Shown here in pieces: positions 54,401 to 64,000 of a stretch of 64,000 nt of DNA; the first letter of the stretch is position 1; every line of letters starts with the position of its first letter. Origin of the DNA: Eledone cirrhosa. Taxonomy: Eukaryota. Below the pieces are notes generated by a model. It saw only the letters and a program-made list of their open reading frames with translations. It was not told the DNA's origin and searched no databases. The DNA is taken from the NCBI GenBank assembly GCA_964016885.1, contig OZ024741.1, positions 396,180,001 to 396,244,000 on the forward strand, written 5' to 3'. The position numbers were made by a program, and so were the translations under genes.

Positions 54401-57400
54401 GCACAAGGGTCAAAGTGCATCAGTCAGTTACACCACAAGAGTCAAAGTGCATCAATCAGTCACACCACAAGAGTCAAAGTGCATCGATCAGTCACACCAC
54501 AAGAGTCAAAGTGCATCAATCAGTTACACCACAAGAGTCAAAGTGCATCAATCAGTCACACCACAAGGGTCAAAGTGCATCGATCAGCCACACCACAAGG
54601 GTCAAAGTACATCAATCAGTTACACCACCAGAGTCAAAGTGCATCAATCAGTTACACCACAAGAGTCAAAGTGCATCAATCAGTCACACCACAAGAGTCA
54701 AAGTGCATCAATCAGTTACACCACAAGAGTCAAAGTGCATCAATCAGTCACACCACAAGGGTCAAAGTGTTTCAATCAGTCACACCACAAATGTCAAAGT
54801 GCATCAATCAGTCACACCACAAGAGTCAAAGTGCATCAATCAGTCACACCACAAGGGTCAAAGTGCATCAATCAGTCACACCACAAGGGTCAAAGTGTTT
54901 CAATCAGTCACACCACAAGGGTCAAAGTGCATCAATCAGTCACACCACAAGGGTCAAAGTGCATCAATCAGTCACACCACAAGGGTCAAAGTGCATCAAT
55001 CAGTCACACCACAAGGGTCAAATTCCTTCAATCAATCTCACCACAAGGGTCAAAGTGTTTCAATCAGTCACACCACAAGGGTCAAAGTGCATCAATCAGT
55101 CACACCACTAGGGTCAAAGTGCATCAATCAGTCACACCACAAGGGTCAAATTCCTTCAATCAGTCACACCACAAGGGTCAACTGTTTCAATCAGTCACAC
55201 CACAAGGGTCAAAGTGCATCAATCAGTCACACAACAAGAGTTAAAGTGCAACAATCAGTCACACCACAAGGGTCAAAATGCATCAATCAGTCACACCACA
55301 AGGGTCAAAGTGCATCAATCAGTCACACCACAAGGGTCAAAGTGCATCAATCAGCCACACCACAAGGGTCAAAGTGCATCAATCAGTCACACCACAAGGG
55401 TCAAAGTGCATCAATCAGCCACACCACAAGGGTCAAAGTGCATCAATCAGTCACACCACAAGAGTCAAAGTGCATCAATCAGCCACACCACAAGAGTCAA
55501 AGTGCATCAATCAGTTACACCACAAGAGTCAAAGTGCATCAATCAGTCACACCACAAGAGTCAAAGTGCATCGATCAGTCACACCACAAGAGTCAAAGTG
55601 CATCAATCAGTTACACCACAAGAGTCAAAGTGCATCAATCAGTCACACCACAAGGGTCAAAGTGCATCGATCAGCCACACCACAAGAGTCAAAGTGCATC
55701 AATCAGTTACACCACAAGAGTCAAAGTGCATCAATCAGTCACACCACAAGAGTCAAAGTGCATCAATCAGTTACACCACAAGAGTCAAAGTGCATCAATC
55801 AGTCACACCACAAGAGTCAAAGTGCATCGATCAGTCACACCACAAGAGTCAAAGTGCATCAATCAGTTACACCACAAGAGTCAAAGTGCATCAATCAGTC
55901 ACACCACAAGGGTCAAAGTGCATCAATCAGTTACACCACAAGAGTCAATGTGCATCAATCAGTTACACCACAAGAGTCAAAGTGCATCAATCAGACACGC
56001 CACAAGGGTCAAAGTGCATCAATCAGTTACACCACAAGAGTCAAAATGCATCAATCAGTTACACCACAAGAGTCAAAGTGCATCAATCAGTCACACCACA
56101 AGAGTCAAAGTGCATCAATCAGTCACACCACAAGGGTCAAAGTGCATCAATCAGTCACACCACAAGGGTCAAAGTGCATCAATCAGTCACACCACAAGAG
56201 TCAAAGTGCATCAATCAGTCACACCACAAGGGTCAAAGTGCATCAATCAGTCACACCACAAGGGTCAAAGTGCATCAATCAGTCACACCACAAGAGTCAA
56301 AGTGCATCAATCAGTCACACCACAAGGGTCAGATTCCTTCAATCAGTCACACCACAAGAGTCAAAGTGCATCAATCAGTCACACCACAAGGGTCAAAGTG
56401 CATCAATCAGTCACACCACAAGGGTCAAAGTGTTTCAATCAGTCACACCACAAGGGTCAAAGTGCATCAATCAGTCACACCACAAGGGTCAAAGTATTAC
56501 AATCAGTCACACCACAAGGGTCAAAGTGCATCAATCAGTCACACCACAAGAGTGAAAGTGCATCAATCAGTCACACCACAAGGGTCAAAGTGCATCAATC
56601 AGTCACACCACAAGGGTCACATTCCTTCAATCAGTCACACCACAAGGGTCAAATTCCTTCAATCAGTCACACCACAAGGGTCAAATTGCATCAATCAGTC
56701 ACACCACAAGGGTCAAAGTGTTTCAATCAGTCACACCACAAGGGTCAAAGTGCATCAATCAGTCACACCACAAGGGTCAAAGTGTTTCAATCAGTCACAC
56801 CACAAGGGTCAAAGTGAATCAATCAGTCACACCACAAGGGTCAAAGTGTTTCAATAAGTCACACCACAAGGGTCAAATTCCTTCAATCAGTCACACCACA
56901 AGGGTCAAAGTGCATCAATCAGTCACACGACAAGAGTCAAAGTGCTTCAATCAGTCACAGCACAAGGGTCAAATTCCTTCAATCAGTCACACCACAAGGG
57001 TCAAAGTGCATCAATCAGTCACAGCACAAGAGTCAAAGTGCATCAATCAGCCACACCACAAGGGTCAAAGTGCATCAATCAGTCACACCACAAGAGTCAA
57101 AGTGCATCAATCAGTGACACCACAAGGGTCAAAGTGCATCAATCAATCACACCACAAGGGTCAAAGTGCATCAATCAGTCACACCACAAGGGTCAAAGTG
57201 CATCAATCAGTCACACCACAAGAGTCAAAGTGCATCAATCAGTCACACCACAAGAGTCAAAGTGCATCAATCAGTCATACCACAAGGGTCAAATTCCTTC
57301 AATCAGTCACACCACAAGGGTCAAATTGCAACAATCAGTCACACCACAAGGGTCAAAGTGCATCAATCAGTCACACCACAAGAGTCAAATTGCTTCAATC

Positions 57401-59170
57401 AGTCACACCACAAGGGTCAAATTCCTTCAATCAGTCACACCACAAGAGTCAAAGTGCATCAATCAGTCACACCACAAGGGTCAAAGTGCATCAATCAGTC
57501 ACACCACAAGGGTCAAATTCCTTCAATCAGTCACACCACAAGGGTCAATGTGCATCAATCAGTCACACCACAAGGGTCAAACTGCATCAATCAGTCACAC
57601 CACAAGGGTCAAAGTGCATCAATCAGTCACACCACAAGGGTTAAAGTGCATCAATCAGTCACACCACAAGGGTCAAAGTGTTTCAATCAGTCACACCACA
57701 AGGGTCAAAGTGCATCAATCAGTCACACCACAAGGGTCAAAGTACATCAATCAGTCACACCACAAGAGTCAAAGTGCATCAATCAGTCACACCACAAGGG
57801 TCAAAGTGCATCAATCAGTCACACCACAAGGGTCAAAGTGCATCAATCAGTCACACCACAAGAGTCAAAGTGCATCAATCAGTCACACCACAAGGGTCAA
57901 AGTGCATCAATCAGTTACACCACAAGGGTCAAAGTGCATCAATCAGTCACACCACAAGGGTCAAATTCCTTCAATCAGTCACACCACAAGGGTCAAAGTG
58001 CATCAATCAGTCACACCACAAGAGTCAAAGTGCATCAATCAGTCACACAACAAGGGTCAAAGTGCATCAATCAGCCACACCACAAGGGTCAAAGTGCATC
58101 AATCAGTCACACCACAAGGGTCAAAGTGCATCAATCAGTCACACCACAAGAGTCAAAGTGCATCAATCAGTCACACCACAAGGGTCAAAGTGCATCAATC
58201 AGTCACACCACAAGGGTCAAAGAGCATCAATCAGTCACACCACAAGGGTCAAAGTGCATCAATCAGTCACAGCACAAGGGTCAAAGTGCATCAGTCAGTT
58301 ACACCACAAGAGTCAAAGTGCATCAATCAGTCACACCACAAGAGTCAAAGTGCATCGATCAGTCACACCACAAGAGTCAAAGTGCATCAATCAGTTACAC
58401 CACAAGAGTCAAAGTGCATCAATCAGTCACACCACAAGGGTCAAAGTGCATCGATCAGCCACACCACAAGGGTCAAAGTACATCAATCAGTTACACCACC
58501 AGAGTCAAAGTGCATCAATCAGTTACACCACAAGAGTCAAAGTGCATCAATCAGTCACACCACAAGAGTCAAAGTGCATCAATCAGTTACACCACAAGAG
58601 TCAAAGTGCATCAATCAGTCACACCACAAGGGTCAAAGTGTTTCAATCAGTCACACCACAAGTGTCAAAGTGCATCAATCAGTCACACCACAAGAGTCAA
58701 AGTGCATCAATCAGTCACACCACAAGGGTCAAAGTGCATCAATCAGTCACACCACAAGGGTCAAAGTGTTTCAATCAGTCACACCACAAGGGTCAAAGTG
58801 CATCAATCAGTCACACCACAAGGGTCAAAGTGCATCAATCAGTCACACCACAAGGGTCAAAGTGCATCAATCAGTCACACCACAAGGGTCAAATTCCTTC
58901 AATCAATCACACCACAAGGGTCAAAGTGTTTCAATCAGTCACACCACAAGGGTCAAAGTGCATCAATCAGTCACACCACTAGGGTCAAAGTGCATCAATC
59001 AGTCACACCACAAGGGTCAAATTCCTTCAATCAGTCACACCACAAGGGTCAACTGTTTCAATCAGTCACACCACAAGGGTCAAAGTGCATCAATCAGTCA
59101 CACAACAAGAGTTAAAGTGCAACAATCAGTCACACCACAAGGGTCAAAATGCATCAATCAGTCACACCAC
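51440..59170 (+). repeat. Tandem higher-order duplication, period 3871 bp (121 monomers minus 1 bp)
   Basis: ORFs 51407/55278 and 52847/56718 are identical, and 53295/57166 and 53807/57678 nearly so. Markers GACACGCC, GTATTAC, CACACGAC, CACCAGAG and GTCAACTG all recur at +3871, with only a few substitutions between the copies. Confidence 0.93.
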
Positions 59171-59559
59171 AAGTGTCAAAGTGCATCAATCAGTCACACC
59201 ATAAGAGTCAAACTGCATCAATCAGCCACACCACAAGGGTCAAAGTGCATCAATCAGTCACACCACAAGGGTCAAAGTGCATCAATCAGCCACACCACAA
59301 GGGTCAAAGTGCATCAATCAGTCACACCACAAGAGTCAAAGTGCATCAATCAGCCACACCACAAGAGTCAAAGTGCATCAATCAGTTACACCACAAGAGT
59401 CAAAGTGCATCAATCAGTCACACCACAAGGCTCAAAGTGCATCGATCAGCCACACCACAAGGGTCAAAGTACATCAATCAGTTACACCACAAGAGTCAAA
59501 GTGCATCAATCAGTTACACCACAAGAGTTAAAGTGCATCAATCAGTCACACCACAAGGG

Positions 59560-61600
59560 TCAAAGTGCATCAATCAGTCACACGACAAGGGTCAAAGTAT
59601 TACAATCAGTCACACCACAAGGGTCAAAGTGCATCAATCAGTCACACCACAAGAGTGAAAGTGCATCAATCAGTCACACCACAAGGGTCAAAGTGCATCA
59701 ATGAGTCACACCACAAGGGTCACATTCCTTCAATCAGTCACACCACAAGGGTCAAATTCCTTCAATCAGTCACACCACAAGGGTCAAATTGCATCAATCA
59801 GTCACACCACAAGGGTCAAAGTGTTTCAATCAGTCACACCACAAGGGTCAAAGTGCATCAATCAGTCACACCACAAGGGTCAAAGTGTTTCAATCAGTCA
59901 CACCACAAGGGTCAAAGTGAATCAATCAGTCACACCACAAGGGTCAAAGTGTTTCAATAAGTCACACCACAAGGGTCAAATTCCTTCAATCAGTCACACC
60001 ACAAGGGTCAAAGTGCATCAATCAGTCACACGACAAGAGTCAAAGTGCTTCAATCAGTCACAGCACAAGGGTCAAATTCCTTCAATCAGTCACACCACAA
60101 GGGTCAAAGTGCATCAATCAGTCACAGCACAAGAGTCAAAGTGCATCAATCAGCCACACCACAAGGGTCAAAGTGCATCAATCAGTCACACCACAAGAGT
60201 CAAAGTGCATCAATCAGTGACACCACAAGGGTCAAAGTGCATCAATCAATCACACCACAAGGGTCAAAGTGCATCAATCAGTCACACCACAAGGGTCAAA
60301 GTGCATCAATCAGTCACACCACAAGAGTCAAAGTGCATCAATCAGTCACACCACAAGAGTCAAAGTGCATCAATCAGTCATACCACAAGGGTCAAATTCC
60401 TTCAATCAGTCACACCACAAGGGTCAAATTGCAACAATCAGTCACACCACAAGGGTCAAAGTGCATCAATCAGTCACACCACAAGAGTCAAATTGCTTCA
60501 ATCAGTCACACCACAAGGGTCAAATTCCTTCAATCAGTCACACCACAAGGGTCAAAGTGCATCAATCAGTCACACCACAAGGTTCAAAGTGCATCAATCA
60601 GTCACACCACAAGGGTCAAATTCCTTCAATCAGTCACACCACAAGGGTCAATGTGCATCAATCAGTCACACCACAAGGGTCAAACTGCATCAATCAGTCA
60701 CACCACAAGGGTCAAAGTGCATCAATCAGTCACACCACAAGGGTCAAAGTGCATCAATCAGTCACACCACAAGGGTCAAAGTGTTTCAATCAGTCACACC
60801 ACAAGGGTCAAAGTGCATCAATCAGTCACACCACAAGGGTCAAAGTGCATCAATCAGTCACACCACAAGAGTCAAAGTGCATCAATCAGTCACACCACAA
60901 GGGTCAAAGTGCATCAATCAGTCACACCACAAGGGTCAAAGTGCATCAATCAGTCACACCACAAGAGTCAAAGTGCATCAATCAGTCACACCACAAGGGT
61001 CAAAGTGCATCAATCAGTTACACCACAAGGGTCAAAGTGCATCAATCAGTCACACCACAAGGGTCAAATTCCTTCAATCAGTCACACCACAAGGGTCAAA
61101 GTGCATCAATCAGTCACACCACAAGAGTCAAAGTGCATCAATCAGTCACACAACAAGGGTCAAAGTGCATCAATCAGCCACACCACAAGGGTCAAAGTGC
61201 ATCAATCAGTCACACCACAAGGGTCAAAGTGCATCAATCAGTCACACCACAAGAGTCAAAGTGCATCAATCAGTCACACCACAAGGGTCAAAGTGCATCA
61301 ATCAGTCACACCACAAGGGTCAAAGTGCATCAATCAGTTACACCACAAGGGTCAAAGTGCATCAATCAGTCACACCACAAGGGTCAAAGTGCATCAGTCA
61401 GTTACACCACAAGAGTCAAAGTGCATCAATCAGTCACACCACAAGAGTCAAAGTGCATCGATCAGTCACACCACAAGAGTCAAAGTGCATCAATCAGTTA
61501 CACCACAAGAGTCAAAGTGCATCAATCAGTCACACCACAAGGGTCAAAGTGCATCGATCAGCCACACCACAAGGGTCAAAGTACATCAATCAGTTACACC
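59560..61600 (+). repeat. Further partial copy of the domain-B unit (offset 3103 bp from about 56.5-58.5 kb)
   Basis: ORFs 56942/60045 and 57166/60269 share rare variants: GTATTAC 56494/59597, GGTCACATTCC, CACACGACAAG and AATTGCAAC. Confidence 0.88.
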
Positions 61601-62475
61601 ACAAGGGTCAAAGTGCATCAATCAGTCACACCACAAGGGTCAAAGTGCATCAATCAGTCACACCACAAGGGTCAAATTCCTTCAATCAATCACACCACAA
61701 GGGTCAAAGTGTTTCAATCAGTCACACCACAAGGGTCAAAGTGCATCAATCAGTCACACCACTAGGGTCAAAGTGCATCAATCAGTCACACCACAAGGGT
61801 CAAATTCCTTCAATCAGTCACACCACAAGGGTCAACTGTTTCAATCAGTCACACCACAAGGGTCAAAGTGCATCAATCAGTCACACAACAAGAGTTAAAG
61901 TGCAACAATCAGTCACACCACAAGGGTCAAAGTGCATCAGTCAGTTACACCACAAGAGTCAAAGTGCATCAATCAGTCACACCACAAGAGTCAAAGTGCA
62001 TCGATCAGTCACACCACAAGAGTCAAAGTGCATCAATCAGTTACACCACAAGAGTCAAAGTGCATCAATCAGTCACACCACAAGGGTCAAAGTGCATCGA
62101 TCAGCCACACCACAAGGGTCAAAGTACATCAATCAGTTACACCACAAGGGTCAAAGTGCATCAATCAGTCACACCACAAGGGTCAAAGTGCATCAATCAG
62201 TCACACCACAAGGGTCAAATTCCTTCAATCAATCACACCACAAGGGTCAAAGTGTTTCAATCAGTCACACCACAAGGGTCAAAGTGCATCAATCAGTCAC
62301 ACCACTAGGGTCAAAGTGCATCAATCAGTCACACCACAAGGGTCAAATTCCTTCAATCAGTCACACCACAAGGGTCAACTGTTTCAATCAGTCACACCAC
62401 AAGGGTCAAAGTGCATCAATCAGTCACACAACAAGAGTTAAAGTGCAACAATCAGTCACACCACAAGGGTCAAAA
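61370..62475 (+). repeat. Tandem duplication of 543 bp (17 monomers minus 1 bp)
   Basis: GCATCAGTCAGTTAC at 61391/61934, CACTAGGG at 61760/62303, the GTCAACTGTTTC deletion monomer at 61831/62374 and GAGTTAAAGTGCAAC monomers at 61882/62425. Confidence 0.9.
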
Positions 62476-64000
62476 TGCATCAATCAGTCACACCACAAGT
62501 GTCAAAGTGCATCAATCAGTCACACCATAAGGGTCAAACTGCATCAATCAGCCACACCACAAGGGTCAAAGTGCATCAATCAGTCACACCACAAGGGTCA
62601 AAGTGCATCAATCAGCCACACCACAAGGGTCAAAGTGCATCAATCAGTCACACCACAAGAGTCAAAGTGCATCAATCAGCCACACCACAAGAGTCAAAGT
62701 GCATCAATCAGTTACACCACAAGAGTCAAAGTGCATCAATCAGTCACACCACAAGGGTCAAAGTGCATCGATCAGCCACACCACAAGGGTCAAAGTACAT
62801 CAATCAGTTACACCACAAGAGTCAAAGTGCATCAATCAGTTACACCACAAGAGTCAAAGTGCATCAATCAGTCACACCACAAGAGTCAAAGTGCATCAAT
62901 CAGTTACACCACAAGAGTCAAAGTGCATCAATCAGTCACACAACAAGAGTCAAAGTGCATCGATCAGTCACACCACAAGAGTCAAAGTGCATCAATCAGT
63001 TACACCACAAGAGTCAAAGTGCATCAATCAGTCACACCACAAGGGTCAAAGTGCATCAATCAGTTACACCACAAGAGTCAATGTGCATCAATCAGTTACA
63101 CCACAAGAGTCAAAGTGCATCAATCAGACACACCACAAGGGTAAAAGTGCATCAATCAGTTACACCACAAGAGTCAAAGTGCATCAATCAGTTACACCAC
63201 AAGAGTCAAAGTGCATCAATCAGTCACACCACAAGAGTCAAAGTGCATCAATCAGTCACACCACAAGGGTCAAAGTGCATCAATCAGTCACACCACAAGG
63301 GTCAAAGTGCATCAATCAGTCACACCACAAGAGTCAAAGTGCATCAATCAGTCACACCACAAGGGTCAGATTCCTTCAATCAGTCACACCACAAGAGTCA
63401 AAGTGCATCAATCAGTCACACCACAAGGGTCAAAGTGCATCAATCAGTCACACCACAAGGGTCAAAGTGTTTCAATCAGTAACACCACAAGGGTCAAAGT
63501 GCATCAATCAGTCACACCACAAGGGTCAAAGTATTTCAATCAGTCACACCACAAGGGTCAAAGTGCATCAATCAGTCACACCACAAGAGTGAAAGTGCAT
63601 CAATCAGTCACACCACAAGGGTCAAAGTGCATCAATCAGTCACACCACAAGGGTCAAATTCCTTCAATCAGTCACACCACAAGGGTCAAATTCCTTCAAT
63701 CAGTCACACCACAAGGGTCAAATTGCATCAATCAGTCACACCACAAGGGTCAAAGTGTTTCAATCAGTCACACCACAAGGGTCAAAGTGCATCAATCAGT
63801 CACACCACAAGGGTCAAAGTGTTTCAATCAGTCACACCACAAGGGTCAAAGTGAATCAATCAGTCACACCACAAGGGTCAAAGTGTTTCAATAAGTCACA
63901 CCACAAGGGTCAAATTCCTTCAATCAGTCACACCACAAGGGTCAAAGTGCATCAATCAGTCACACCCCAAGAGTCAAAATGCTTCAATCAGTCACACCAC

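Larger units (their letters stand above)
1..64000 (+). repeat. Satellite DNA array, 32-bp monomer (CACACCACAAGRGTCAAAGTGCATCAATCAGT), about 2,001 head-to-tail copies, extending beyond both window edges
   Basis: The monomer is visible on every line: monomers start at 1, 33, 65 and so on, and the last full monomer is 63961-63992. Most copies differ from the consensus by 0-3 substitutions. No spacer, inversion or foreign sequence was seen. Confidence 0.99.

Noticed and set aside
51-63894. More than 150 + strand ORFs up to 1496 aa as protein-coding genes
   Set aside because: They overlap in all three frames with the same peptide. The starts are mostly the GTG of the monomer, there is no unique domain or terminus, the repeat length is not a multiple of 3, and stops and frameshifts are amplified freely.
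1-64000. CRISPR array (32-bp repeat length)
   Set aside because: The repeats are directly adjacent with no unique spacers, leader, palindromic stem or cas genes. The variable 5-bp patch takes only a few recurrent states.
1-64000. Transposon, rDNA, tRNA or other inserted sequence within the array
   Set aside because: None was seen, and the monomer phase is fully accounted for by 40 bp of small deletions from start to end.
1-64000. G-quadruplex, hairpin or inverted-orientation blocks
   Set aside because: There is only one GGG per 32 bp, often mutated to GAG. The only palindrome is the 4-bp TGCA, and no strand switch was seen.
1-64000. Rolling-circle or concatemer sequencing artefact of a 32-mer
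   Set aside because: Variants are inherited in nested, ordered multi-kb patterns with graded divergence, which random errors on one template would not produce. Local mis-assembly of individual blocks is still possible.
1-64000. Assignment to a specific organism or named satellite family
   Set aside because: I do not recognise the monomer and cannot run a database search.

Overview
The whole 64 kb window is one uninterrupted head-to-tail satellite array of a 32-bp monomer, consensus CACACCACAAGGGTCAAAGTGCATCAATCAGT (A12 C9 G6 T5, no CpG). It holds about 2,001 monomers, all in one orientation, with no unique sequence, insertion element, RNA gene or credible CDS. The many overlapping + strand ORFs are artefacts: the consensus has no + strand stop, and 32 is not a multiple of 3, so all three frames cycle through the same 32-aa peptide. 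The information lies in the variant monomers. Read as barcodes, they show a nested hierarchy of higher-order repeats and tandem duplications (96 bp, 0.54-0.67 kb, ~1.9 kb, 3.07, 3.36, 3.87, 5.15, ~5.8 and ~12 kb). They also define two marker domains, A (~2.2-40.4 kb) and B (~41-64 kb), with B-type sequence reappearing at the window start. This is typical of eukaryotic centromeric, heterochromatic or subtelomeric satellite evolving by in-register unequal exchange. The organism and function cannot be determined from the sequence alone. All alignments were done by eye with help from the ORF track, so block boundaries are approximate to within 1-2 monomers.
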